From contig DATKSL010000041.1 in the NCBI GenBank assembly GCA_035531675.1, positions 32,696 to 96,695 on the forward strand: a DNA stretch of 64,000 bases. Reading direction: 5' to 3'. A program made the position numbers and the translations under genes. Below, one piece after another: positions 55,145-64,000 of this stretch. Numbering within the stretch: position 1 is the first letter of the stretch; every line of letters starts with the position of its first letter. The notes below the pieces were generated by a model that did no database searches, was not told the origin of the DNA, and saw only the letters and a program-made list of their open reading frames with translations. The DNA is from Candidatus Binataceae bacterium (GTDB lineage Bacteria > Desulfobacterota > Binatia > Binatales > Binataceae).

Positions 55145-56512
55145 ATGAAAAATCGCGCTGTTCGATCTGATTACGGCGCGCTGGTCGAAAGCGACCGCGT
55201 GCATTCGCGGGTCTATACCGATGCCGCCATCTTTGCCGACGAGATGGCGAGGATCTTCCATCGCGGATGGGTGTTCGTCGGCCACAGCTCGGAAGTGCCG
55301 GGCAGCGGCGACTTCCGCCTCAAGCGCATCGGGCTGCAACCCGTCATCATGGTGCGCGATCAGGCCGGGCGGGTGCAGTTGCTGCTCAACCGATGCCGCC
55401 ATCGCGGAGCCACGGTATGCGAGCACGAGCGCGGCCACGCGCGCGCGTTTCGCTGCGCCTATCACGGCTGGACCTACAAGCTCGACGGCACTCTGGCGCG
55501 AGTGCCTTATCCCGAGGGCTACGACGAAAGTTTCCGGCGCGAGGAGTTCGGACTGGTGCGGGTGCCGCGAGTCGCGGAATATCGCGGCTTTATTTTCGGC
55601 AGCCTGAGCGCGGTCGGAATCGCGCTCGAGGAGCATCTGGGCCGCGCGCGCGAACAGATCGATCTGTTCGTCGAACTCTCGCCCGAGGCGGAGATCGATC
55701 TGTCGCCGGGCGTGCAGAAATACGGATTTGCCGGCAACTGGAAACTGCAGGTCGAAAACGGGATGGACGGCTATCATCCGCCGGTGGTCCATCAATCGAT
55801 CGTCGAGGCGATCGAAAGACGGCTCGGCCGCAAGCTCGAAACCTACACCGGCCAGACCAAAGCGATGACCCGCGACCTCGGCGACGGCCACGTGATGCTC
55901 GACTATCGGCAATGCCCCGGCAATCGTAGCCTCAACATGACGACCACCTACAACGGCCCGCCGTCAAATTCGTTTCAGGGCGTATTCGTCGACGCGATCC
56001 AGCGCCGCTACGGTGAACGGCGCGCGGCCGACATCCTGCAATCCAGCGGCACGCATCTGCTGGTCTTTCCCAACCTGATCATCCTGGGCGTGCAGCTCCG
56101 CGTGATCTATCCGCTGAGCGTCGATCGCACCGAAGTGGCGGTCTATCCGGCCTTGCTGCGCGGCGTGCCCGAAGAGATCAATCACATCCGGCTGCGCGGC
56201 CACGAAGCGTTCTTCGGCGCCGCCGGGATGGGCAGCCCGGACGACACCGAGATGTTCGAGCGGATGCAGCACGGCTTCGCGGCGACCGTCGAGCCGTGGG
56301 TGATGCTGGCGCGCGGCTTGAATCGGCAGCGCACGGATGTCGACGGCACCACCGTCAGCCACATCATGGACGAGATCACGCAGCGCGCGATCTGGCGGCG
56401 CTGGAAGGAATTGATGACGGGCGAGGGCGGCAGTGCCTCCGCGCGCCGCGCATCCGGCCCGCGCCGGCGCATCGCGACCAACGGGGCGCGCGAGCTGACG
56501 CATCAGTCGTAA
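55145..56512 (+). CDS. Rieske [2Fe-2S] ring-hydroxylating oxygenase alpha subunit
   Basis: 455 aa. Rieske motif CRHRGATVC...CAYHGW plus a mononuclear iron domain. No beta subunit follows. Confidence 0.8.
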   Translation: MKNRAVRSDYGALVESDRVHSRVYTDAAIFADEMARIFHRGWVFVGHSSEVPGSGDFRLKRIGLQPVIMVRDQAGRVQLLLNRCRHRGATVCEHERGHARAFRCAYHGWTYKLDGTLARVPYPEGYDESFRREEFGLVRVPRVAEYRGFIFGSLSAVGIALEEHLGRAREQIDLFVELSPEAEIDLSPGVQKYGFAGNWKLQVENGMDGYHPPVVHQSIVEAIERRLGRKLETYTGQTKAMTRDLGDGHVMLDYRQCPGNRSLNMTTTYNGPPSNSFQGVFVDAIQRRYGERRAADILQSSGTHLLVFPNLIILGVQLRVIYPLSVDRTEVAVYPALLRGVPEEINHIRLRGHEAFFGAAGMGSPDDTEMFERMQHGFAATVEPWVMLARGLNRQRTDVDGTTVSHIMDEITQRAIWRRWKELMTGEGGSASARRASGPRRRIATNGARELTHQS

Positions 56513-56548
56513 AGTGAGCGCTGTCCGGCATCGCGCTGATTTTCAGGT

Positions 56549-57436
56549 GTGTCCGAAGTCTTGGACGATTACCAGATAGACCCTGAGTGGCGGTTAGCTG
56601 AGTCGCGCCCGGAGTCGCGCTCGCGCGGGCTCTCGCCGTATGCGCTCGGCGGCTCGATAGCGATCCATCTGATGCTCGCGGGGCTGCTGTTGATCGCGCT
56701 GGTTCATGTTGGTGCGCCGCGGCCCTCGCATCCCGCCTACCTGATGGCGCGTATCGTCGATCGATTACCCGGCGCGGACGGCGGCACGGCGAGCAGCCGC
56801 GCCAACCCGGTCGTCGCGCAACATGCCGGCGCTCCAGCGATAGCCGCGGCCTCGTCGCGCGATCGCAAGCCTGCCGCGCATCGGCTGCATCGTATCCGCT
56901 CGTGGGTCGAAAAGCGTCTCGCGGCGGCGAAAATCGACGCGCACAGGCACCGGCACGACGCCGAAGCCCCGATCAAGGCGCGAACGGCCGCATCATCGGA
57001 GGTCGCGAGTATCCCGGCCAAACCGGCGCTGCCGATCGCAGCGCCACGCACGGCCGCGACCGGCGGTTCCGCGGGCCCGGCCGGTATCGAAGCGAGCAGC
57101 GCGCCCGGCGCACGAGCCGGTGCCGGTGGATCGGGAGGCAGCCGGGATGCGCATGCGGCGTACGGCGCGGCGCCGGCCCCGGAGTACCCGATCGAAGCGC
57201 GCCGGATGGAGCAGCAGGGCGTCGTGATGCTGCGGGTGCTGGTCAGCGCCGACGGCGCGACCACGCGAGTCGAAATCGCGCACTCCTCAGGCTTTCAGTT
57301 GCTCGATGACGAGGCGCTCGAGACGGTCCGCGAGCGCTGGCGGTTCGTGCCCGCGATGCGCAACGGAACTGCGGTCGCAAGCTGGGTGATGGTTCCGATC
57401 CGCTTCGCGCTCACCGAAGCCGACGCCTCCGATTGA
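56549..57436 (+). CDS. TonB-family energy transducer (C-terminal TonB domain)
   Basis: N-terminal TM helix, an Ala/Pro/Arg-rich spacer, and a C-terminal TonB_C domain (…EYPIEARRMEQQGVVMLRVLVSADG…). Confidence 0.7.
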   Translation: MSEVLDDYQIDPEWRLAESRPESRSRGLSPYALGGSIAIHLMLAGLLLIALVHVGAPRPSHPAYLMARIVDRLPGADGGTASSRANPVVAQHAGAPAIAAASSRDRKPAAHRLHRIRSWVEKRLAAAKIDAHRHRHDAEAPIKARTAASSEVASIPAKPALPIAAPRTAATGGSAGPAGIEASSAPGARAGAGGSGGSRDAHAAYGAAPAPEYPIEARRMEQQGVVMLRVLVSADGATTRVEIAHSSGFQLLDDEALETVRERWRFVPAMRNGTAVASWVMVPIRFALTEADASD

Positions 57437-57531
57437 CCGGCCGCGGCGGCGCCGCGAGACGGATTGAAAAGCGTGCGTGCGCCGGGCCACACTCTTTGCA
57501 CTCCCGCCGCGCGCGGGATCGCGGAGGTATC

Positions 57532-57963
57532 GTGAAACAGAAATTGCAGGCAGATCTGAAGAGCGCGATGAAGGCGGGCGAGCAGATGCGGGTGCTGACG
57601 GTGCGCGGGATTCTCGCCGAGATCACGCGGCTCGAAAAAGAAGTCCTGCACGAGGCCGGCGAGGCCGAGATCATCCAGATCATCAAACGCGAGCGGGCTC
57701 GGCGCGAAGAGGCGCTGGAGTTCGCGCGCAAGGCGTCGCGTAACGACCTGATCGAGCAGAACCAGCGCGAAGCGGAGATTCTCGAGGCTTATCTGCCGGC
57801 CGCGGTCGGCGCCGATGAGGTTAGCGCGGCGATCACCGAAGCGATCAATGGCGGCGCCAATCAGATTGGTCCGATCATGAAGGCCTTGCGCGATCGGTTC
57901 GGCGAGCGCCTGGACGGCAAGCTCGCCAGCGACCTGGTGAAAAAAGCGCTGACCGCGCCGTAG
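57532..57963 (+). CDS. GatB/YqeY domain protein
   Basis: VKQKLQADLKSAMKAGEQMRVLTVRGILAEI... has a GTG start after GGAGGT. 144 aa. The track ORF starts at 57433. Confidence 0.7.
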   Translation: MKQKLQADLKSAMKAGEQMRVLTVRGILAEITRLEKEVLHEAGEAEIIQIIKRERARREEALEFARKASRNDLIEQNQREAEILEAYLPAAVGADEVSAAITEAINGGANQIGPIMKALRDRFGERLDGKLASDLVKKALTAP

Positions 57964-57988
57964 CGAAGGTCTGCATCAGGCCCATTCT

Positions 57989-58051
57989 GTCATTCTGAGC
58001 GCAGCGAAGAATCCCGGGATTCTTCACGTCGCAGACTACGTTCAGAATGAC
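57989..58051. terminator. Nested palindrome between convergent genes (candidate bidirectional terminator)
   Basis: The outer stem GTCATTCTGA/TCAGAATGAC encloses a perfect 20-bp palindrome GAAGAATCCCGGGATTCTTC. Confidence 0.45.
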
Positions 58052-58084
58052 GACCAGAATTGGGCATCCCGCGCGTTCGACGAT

Positions 58085-60049
58085 TTATCCGGGGGCCTCT
58101 GGACTTCGGTCGAGGTTCACCAACTCGGCGTACAGGGCGTCGATTTCGCGGCCGAGCGTTTCGTAGCGCACCATCACGTCGTTCGCGTCGCCGCGTGTCA
58201 GGTAAAAATTCGGATCGTTCATGATCCGGCCGAGGTCGGTTTTCTCGGTCTCTTTCTGCTCGATCGCGCCCTCGATTCGCTGCCGGGCGCGCGCTGCCTG
58301 CTCGCGACGCCGTTCGGCCTCGCGCTCGCGCTTGCGGGCCGCATTCTGGTCGCGCCGCTCCGTCTCGATGCGCCCGTTGCGCTCGGGGGCGCCGCCGCCG
58401 TTGCGGGCCGCCGGCGCAGGCGCGGCGGCTTCCGAAGCCGCCGCCATCGCGGCCTTTTTGGCCAGGTATTCGTCGTAGTTGCCGAGGTAGCGCAGCGCGT
58501 CGCCCTGGCCGACCTCGATCACCTCGGTCACCAGCTCGTTGAGCAGGTAGCGATCGTGACTGACGATCACGACCGTGCCGGGAAAGCGACGCAGCGCTTC
58601 GAGCAGCGTGTCCTTGGCGATGATGTCGAGGTTGTTGGTCGGCTCGTCGAGCAGCAGGCAGTTGTTGCGATGGGCCAGCACCTTGGCCAGCGCGATTCGC
58701 GCCCGCTCGCCGCCCGACAGCACGCCGACGCGTTTTTCGACCTCGTCGCCCGAGAACAGCATCGCACCGAGCAGGCTGCGAATCTCGCTGCTGGTCATGC
58801 CTTCGGCGGCATCGCTCAGCTCGTTGAGCACGCGCTTGTCGTAATCGAGACCTTCGGCGAGATTCTGCGCGAAGTAGCCGAGCCGCACCCCCTCGCCGAC
58901 CTGGCGCTGGCCGGCGCTCAGCGGTTCGACGCCCGCCAGCAGCTTCATCATGGTCGATTTGCCGGCGCCGTTGGGACCGACCAGCGCGATTCGCGCGCCG
59001 CGCTCGATTACCAGGTCGATACCGTCATAGATCGTCAGCTCGCCGTATTTCTTGACCGCGCCGGTGAGCTCGAACACCCGCCGCGCGCCGCGCTCGCAGG
59101 CCGGGAAGCGGATCGCGGGCGGCTTGTCGAGTCCGGCCGGCGGCTCGAGCCGGACGGTCTTTTCGAGCTGTTTGACGCGGCTCTGAACCAGGCCGGCCTT
59201 GCTCGCCTGGGCGCGGAAACGGCTGATGAACGCCTCGACATGCTCGATCTCGTTGCGCTGCTTTTCGTAGGCCGCCAGCTCGGCTTCGAAGCGTTCGGCG
59301 CGCTGCACCAGGTACTTCGAGTAGCCGCCGATATATTCGGCAAGCCGGCTGCGCGCGACTTCGACCGTGCGGGTGGTGACGCGATCGAGGAAGTAGCGGT
59401 CGTGCGAGACCACGATCAGTCCGCCGGGATAATTCGCCAGGTAATCCTCAAGCCAGTTGCGCGCCTCGATATCGAGATGGTTGGTCGGCTCATCCAGCAT
59501 CAGGAATTCGGGCTCGGTCAAAAGCAGCTTGGCAAGCGCGATTCGCATCCGGATGCCGCCGGAGAACTCGGCCACGTCGCGGCCGAGATCGGCGCTGGTG
59601 AAGCCCAGTCCGAACAGCAACGCCTCGGCGCGGCTCTCGGCCGTGTAGAAGCGATGGCGCTCGAGGTCGGTCAGCACGTCGCCGAGTTCGGCCAGCGCGG
59701 ATTCGTGGGCGGGGCCCGAGTGCTCGCGGGTGAGGATCTGTTCGAGCTCGACGCGCCGCTGGTCGAGCGCGCGCAGTTCGGTGAGCGCGCTCAGGGTTTC
59801 GTCGGCTACCGTGCGACCGCCCATCTCGGGCGCGTCCTGGGCGAGGTAGCCGACGCGGGTGCGCTGCGGGCGGCTGATACGGCCGGAGTCGGGCGGAATT
59901 GCGTCGGCGACGATCTTGAGCAGGGTCGATTTGCCGGCGCCGTTGAGGCCGACCAGTCCGACCCGCGCGTCGTCGGTCATCGACCAGCTCACGCCGTCGA
60001 GCAGGACCCGGCCGCCGTAAGCTTTGCTGAGGTTATCGAGCGTCAGCAC
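58085..60049 (-). CDS. ABC-F family ATPase (tandem ABC domains, no TMD; Uup/EttA-like) with C-terminal coiled-coil
   Basis: 654 aa with two Walker A motifs (GLNGAGKST, GPNGAGKST), two signature motifs LSGG and an Arg/Glu-rich C-terminal helix. Confidence 0.85.
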   Translation of the reverse strand: MLTLDNLSKAYGGRVLLDGVSWSMTDDARVGLVGLNGAGKSTLLKIVADAIPPDSGRISRPQRTRVGYLAQDAPEMGGRTVADETLSALTELRALDQRRVELEQILTREHSGPAHESALAELGDVLTDLERHRFYTAESRAEALLFGLGFTSADLGRDVAEFSGGIRMRIALAKLLLTEPEFLMLDEPTNHLDIEARNWLEDYLANYPGGLIVVSHDRYFLDRVTTRTVEVARSRLAEYIGGYSKYLVQRAERFEAELAAYEKQRNEIEHVEAFISRFRAQASKAGLVQSRVKQLEKTVRLEPPAGLDKPPAIRFPACERGARRVFELTGAVKKYGELTIYDGIDLVIERGARIALVGPNGAGKSTMMKLLAGVEPLSAGQRQVGEGVRLGYFAQNLAEGLDYDKRVLNELSDAAEGMTSSEIRSLLGAMLFSGDEVEKRVGVLSGGERARIALAKVLAHRNNCLLLDEPTNNLDIIAKDTLLEALRRFPGTVVIVSHDRYLLNELVTEVIEVGQGDALRYLGNYDEYLAKKAAMAAASEAAAPAPAARNGGGAPERNGRIETERRDQNAARKREREAERRREQAARARQRIEGAIEQKETEKTDLGRIMNDPNFYLTRGDANDVMVRYETLGREIDALYAELVNLDRSPEAPG

Positions 60050-60341
60050 GAGAAGTTTCCACGTCTGTTAATCCTCAAATGATACCGGCGCGGGGCGCGG
60101 TGCGGAAGCCGGGCTGAGCCCGGGATTCTGTTCGCGAGCCTGACCAGCGGCGCCCGGCCACGCTTGCGGGGGAAGCCGGTTCGATCTATACGCCGAGTTG
60201 GAGTCCGAAAGTCAAAGCGGAGATTCCTGGATGAATTTACCCCCGGGCGCCGGCCCGGTCCCTGTTTCTTCACAATATTGTCGGATTCTTCCGCTTTTGT
60301 TGCGGCTGAAATGGCGAGACGCTGGACCTGATTGACAGCTT

Positions 60342-61232
60342 TTGAATAGTAGGCGCATGGCCACACCATCGATCCTGGTTGGCGACGACAGCGGTGCCCT
60401 CCCGTTTGCCTACCAATACAAGGATTACAATGGGTTCGCCCTTTTCTACGCACGTCAACCGCGCCGGCTGTGCGTCAGGCACAACGACCGTCGCATCCAG
60501 GTTTCGATTAGCTTCAATCCGTCCGCGGTCAAGCTCAAGTTACGCGAGCTGACCGATCGATCGAGCGCCGGCAACCATCAGGGACGGGGAGAGCACGTCT
60601 CGGTGATTCCGTCCGGACAACCTTACACGGCGCAATGGTTGCACAACGCCGACCTGGTGAATATCTACCTCGAGCCGAGCTTCATCGTGCGTGCGGCCTA
60701 CGAAAGCGTGCGCGGCCGCGTGGTTAACATCGCCGGCCGCTATTTCGTGCGCGATCAGTTCGTCGAGATGCTGGGCGCGTCGTTGCGCGAGGAATTCAGG
60801 GTCGGCACGCCGAACATGCTGTACGCCGAGTCGATCGCGACGGTGCTCGCGGTTCACCTGGTGCGGAACTATGGCGGTTCCGGCGCCACGACGCGCGATC
60901 TCAGCGCCACGCTCAGCCCCTACTGGCTGCGCAAGGTTATCGATCATATCGAAGCCCATCTCGGCGACAACCTGACGCTGAGCGAGCTGGCGCGCGAGGT
61001 CAGGATGAGCCCGCACTATTTCTCCGCGTTGTTCCGCAACGCCACCGGCTTCTCGCCCCATCGCTATGTCACCCATCGGCGCATCGAACGGGCCAAGCAG
61101 ATGCTGGCGGACCGCGAGCGCAAGCTCGGCGAGATCGCGCTGACGCTCGGCTTCGCAACTCATAACCGCTTCACAGAAGTATTCGCCCGCTGGGTTGGGA
61201 CCACTCCGCGGGAATACCGCAACTGCCTCTAA
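60342..61232 (+). CDS. AraC-family transcriptional regulator
   Basis: A cupin-like N-terminal domain is followed by a C-terminal double HTH (…LSELAREVRMSPHYFSALFRNATGFSPHRYVTHRRIERAKQML…). Confidence 0.8.
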   Translation: MNSRRMATPSILVGDDSGALPFAYQYKDYNGFALFYARQPRRLCVRHNDRRIQVSISFNPSAVKLKLRELTDRSSAGNHQGRGEHVSVIPSGQPYTAQWLHNADLVNIYLEPSFIVRAAYESVRGRVVNIAGRYFVRDQFVEMLGASLREEFRVGTPNMLYAESIATVLAVHLVRNYGGSGATTRDLSATLSPYWLRKVIDHIEAHLGDNLTLSELAREVRMSPHYFSALFRNATGFSPHRYVTHRRIERAKQMLADRERKLGEIALTLGFATHNRFTEVFARWVGTTPREYRNCL

Positions 61233-61250
61233 CAGAGGGAGAGTATCGAC

Positions 61251-63131
61251 ATGGCCAGAATCAACCGTAGCGAGAACCGTACGCGCGCCCACGCGGCGAG
61301 GATGCTGTCGCCGGCCGCCATCGCGCTTCTTTTGGTGCTCCTGTCGGGCGCCTGGATATTAAGCCCGTCGCCGGCCGCGGCGGCGATGACTTGCGCGGAC
61401 GTGCCAAGCCTCACGCTGCCGAACACGCAGATAATCAGCGCTACCGAGGTGTCCACGCCGGTCAACCATTGCAACGTGATCGGAGTGATCGACAAGCGCG
61501 TGAGTGCACAGGATCCCGATCATTTCACCTACGGCATCGGCTTCGAACTCAACCTGCCGGACACCTGGAACGGCCGCTTCGAGATGATGGGTGGCGGTGG
61601 CACCGATGGCTCGCTTGGAAACCCGAAGGGCAGCGCGGGAACGGAATTGAGCAAGGGTTGGGCGGTCGCCGACGACGACGGCGGGCATGAGGATGCGCCC
61701 GGCAACTCCTCGCTCGGCTGGATCGATGACGACGCTAGTGCGGGCGGCACCGGGCACTTCGGTGTCGATGAGCAGGCGCGTATCGACTACGGCTACAACG
61801 GCATCGGCCAGACCACGTTGATCTCGAAGCAGATCATCGTCGACTACTACGGCAGCGGTCCCCAGTACTCCTATCTATGGGGATGCTCGAACGGCGGGCG
61901 CGACGGCGTGGTCGCATCGCAACGCTTCCCGAACTATTTCGACGGCATCGTCGCCGGCAATCCCGGCTTCGATCTGCCGCGCGCCGGCGTCGCCGAGGCG
62001 TGGAATGAGCAGCAACTGGTGCCGCTCGCGACCAGCCTCGATGTCACCAACGGCCAGCCCTATGTGGGCGACACGTTCCCGTCGCAGGATCTCGAAGTCG
62101 CCTCGGCCGCCATCCTGAGCGCCTGTGACGGGCTCGACGGCCTGGTCGACGGCATCATCGACAACTACACCGCCTGCACCAACGCTCGGGTCTATGCGGC
62201 GCTGGACGAATACACCTGCAGTCCGAGCGGCGCCCATGGTGACACGCCGCACGGCGGCAGCTGCCTTACGGCTGGTCAGGTCGAGGCCTTGAAGAAAATC
62301 TACTCGGGGCCGGTCAACTCTCACGGCCGGCCGCTCTATTCGAACTGGTACTGGGATGCGGGCATCTGGGATCCGCCGAGCGCGTTCGGCGCGGGCTGGG
62401 GCGCATGGAACGTCGCCTTCTTTGGCCCGCCCAACGTCAACACGGCGATCAACCTGACGCTCGGCGCCGGCGCCATCCCGATGATTTTCACCACTCCGCC
62501 GGTTATCACTCCGGTTTCGGGTGTCGATGGACAGGAGGCCTTCATTTTCGGCTACAGCTTCGATACCGATGCGCCGAAGATCTATGCGACCGCGCCGGGC
62601 TATGGTCAGAGCGCGATGGACTTCATGTCGGGGCTGGATTTCATGGACGGGCAGCGCGTCGATCTGCGGCCGTTCGCACGTCGCGGCGGCAAGATGATCA
62701 TCTACGACTCGCTCAACGACGGCATCTTCTCAGCCGCCGACCTGGTGAACTGGTACAACTCGATTCATGGCGCCCATGCGAACGATCGGCAGAACTTCGT
62801 ACGGATGTTCCTGATTCCGAACATGGCCCACTGCGGCGGCGGTCCGGCGACCAACAGCTTCAGCGGCAATCTGCTCGACGCCATCACGGGCTGGGTCGAA
62901 AGCGGCGACGCGCCTCAGGAGATCATCGCCGCCAACACCAATGTCAGCTCGCCATTTCCGAGTGGCGCGCCCTTCGATCCGCAGGTAGCTGTGAACTTTC
63001 CCACCGGCGGCACCCGGCCGATCTGCGTGTATCCCGAACAGACGCGCTACAAGGGCAGCGGCGCCACCGATGACGCGGCCAATTTTGTCTGCGTGATGCC
63101 GAACGGGAACGGTCACCGGCACCACAGTTAG
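61251..63131 (+). CDS. Tannase/feruloyl esterase family alpha/beta hydrolase (secreted)
   Basis: 626 aa with a signal peptide. GCSNGGRDG is the nucleophile motif typical of the tannase/feruloyl esterase family. Conserved Cys pairs are present. Confidence 0.8.
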   Translation: MARINRSENRTRAHAARMLSPAAIALLLVLLSGAWILSPSPAAAAMTCADVPSLTLPNTQIISATEVSTPVNHCNVIGVIDKRVSAQDPDHFTYGIGFELNLPDTWNGRFEMMGGGGTDGSLGNPKGSAGTELSKGWAVADDDGGHEDAPGNSSLGWIDDDASAGGTGHFGVDEQARIDYGYNGIGQTTLISKQIIVDYYGSGPQYSYLWGCSNGGRDGVVASQRFPNYFDGIVAGNPGFDLPRAGVAEAWNEQQLVPLATSLDVTNGQPYVGDTFPSQDLEVASAAILSACDGLDGLVDGIIDNYTACTNARVYAALDEYTCSPSGAHGDTPHGGSCLTAGQVEALKKIYSGPVNSHGRPLYSNWYWDAGIWDPPSAFGAGWGAWNVAFFGPPNVNTAINLTLGAGAIPMIFTTPPVITPVSGVDGQEAFIFGYSFDTDAPKIYATAPGYGQSAMDFMSGLDFMDGQRVDLRPFARRGGKMIIYDSLNDGIFSAADLVNWYNSIHGAHANDRQNFVRMFLIPNMAHCGGGPATNSFSGNLLDAITGWVESGDAPQEIIAANTNVSSPFPSGAPFDPQVAVNFPTGGTRPICVYPEQTRYKGSGATDDAANFVCVMPNGNGHRHHS

Positions 63132-63591
63132 CGGACGCTCGCGGCTCAGATGACGATGCAGCGCCGACCGCGTTGAAGCGGTCGGCGCTGCCGCATATCC
63201 CTGCGAATCACCCGGCCATTCCCGCCGGCCCGGCCGATCGTTTCAATCAAGATTCCTGACTTGCCGCCTAAATCGAGTTGCGGCGGGGGCGGAGCCTCGC
63301 AAACCGGTGAAACCCGGCAGGCATCAGCAGCGTATCTTGATCAGACGTAGTAATGAGCTGATCTCAACTGTTCATTACGATAATCAAAGAGAGAAACTGA
63401 GCTAGGCATTGACAATTAAGTCACTGCCACATTAAAGCATGCGTGAGAAGTCAATACCGAAAGTTGCTACCGATGGTCGCCAATGGCTAATCGTCGCAGG
63501 TCGAAATCAATCGGCGAGAGGAGGGTGATGAATCGCCGCTAAGTGAGGGGGAACACATAGCCGCATTCAGTCGTAGAGAAGGGGTTGACAT

Positions 63592-64000
63592 ATGTCAGTC
63601 GCAATACGCCTCGGGTCTATGGTCCGCATCACGCAGGCAACCGTCATCCTGGCCTTGCTCATCGTCAGTCCGGAGTTAGCCTCTGCAAAACGAATGACCT
63701 GCTCGGTTGGGTCCGGTGCGCCTACTGCGGCGATCGTTGAAGGCCTCGTGATGATCGCGCCGGGCGGCGCCGGAATCGGCGGGGCGCTGGTCCGCTGGCA
63801 TATGGGCAAGCAGCGGATGCTGGGCTCGACTGACGGCAACGGCCGCTACGCATTCGAGATTCCGTTCAATCGCTCCGGAACAAATCCGGAGACCGTGATG
63901 CTGTCGGCGCAGGCGAACACTTATCGCATCCCCGCGAAGCAGAAAATGCATCTCTGTCCGGGGATGACATATGAGGCGGATTTCTCACTCAAGCCCGGGC
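63592..64000 (+). CDS. Secreted protein with carboxypeptidase-regulatory-like domain; partial, runs off the window end
   Basis: MSVAIRLGSMVRITQATVILALLIVSPELASA is a signal peptide. The motif …LGSTDGNGRYAFEIPF… follows. No in-window stop. An AAGGGG RBS precedes it. Confidence 0.45.
   Translation, partial: MSVAIRLGSMVRITQATVILALLIVSPELASAKRMTCSVGSGAPTAAIVEGLVMIAPGGAGIGGALVRWHMGKQRMLGSTDGNGRYAFEIPFNRSGTNPETVMLSAQANTYRIPAKQKMHLCPGMTYEADFSLKPG

Overview
The window is a high-GC (roughly 65-68%) bacterial chromosomal segment that is densely coding on both strands. I found no transposases, integrases or CRISPR arrays. By eye the sequence fits an environmental Gram-negative lineage, but I cannot assign taxonomy from sequence alone.

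Main blocks, in order:
- 1-6.0 kb, minus strand: an operon of a FecR-domain protein with a polyproline tail, a secreted beta-barrel-like protein, a CHASE2 sensor / class III nucleotidyl cyclase, a glutathione S-transferase and a secreted HEAT-repeat protein.
- 6.2-24.3 kb: a large aromatic/polycyclic catabolic super-cluster. It holds the meta-cleavage lower pathway (acetaldehyde dehydrogenase, 4-hydroxy-2-oxovalerate aldolase, meta-cleavage product hydrolase, 2-oxopent-4-enoate hydratase), Rieske dioxygenase alpha/beta subunits, an extradiol dioxygenase, a two-domain VOC-family protein, an HsaA-like flavin monooxygenase, three paralogous NahD-like 2-hydroxychromene-2-carboxylate isomerases, a NahE-like DHDPS-family lyase, an LLM-class monooxygenase and a haloalkane-dehalogenase-type hydrolase. 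A hemerythrin/membrane-protein pair sits inside this region.
- 24.4-30.8 kb: clpP, then pstC-pstA-pstB-phoU-phoB-phoR with no pstS.
- 30.8-32.1 kb: the most unusual locus. An AhpD/CMD-family gene is interrupted by a single in-frame TGA that falls exactly where the second cysteine of the CxxC redox motif should be (C-P-Y-TGA-T-A-W-H), so I read it as a selenocysteine-containing peroxiredoxin-like selenoprotein. A candidate bacterial SECIS hairpin lies just downstream of the TGA. The gene is bracketed by approximately 95-bp direct repeats, is followed by 54-bp tandem palindromic repeats, and abuts a tRNA-Arg(ACG).
- 32.2-64 kb: queA-tgt-yajC-secD with no adjacent secF, and a small secreted-protein cluster (cupredoxin, RidA, beta-helix repeat protein). 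These are followed by plsC-like, FTR1-type iron permease, hbd, greA, an acyl-CoA ligase and ctaA-ctaB-DUF420. The window ends with an MFS transporter, a UbiD-decarboxylase plus Rieske-oxygenase pair, TonB, yqeY, an ABC-F ATPase, an AraC regulator, a tannase/feruloyl esterase and a partial secreted protein.

Coordinates taken from the ORF track are exact. Coordinates I derived by hand carry about +/-2 nt uncertainty.
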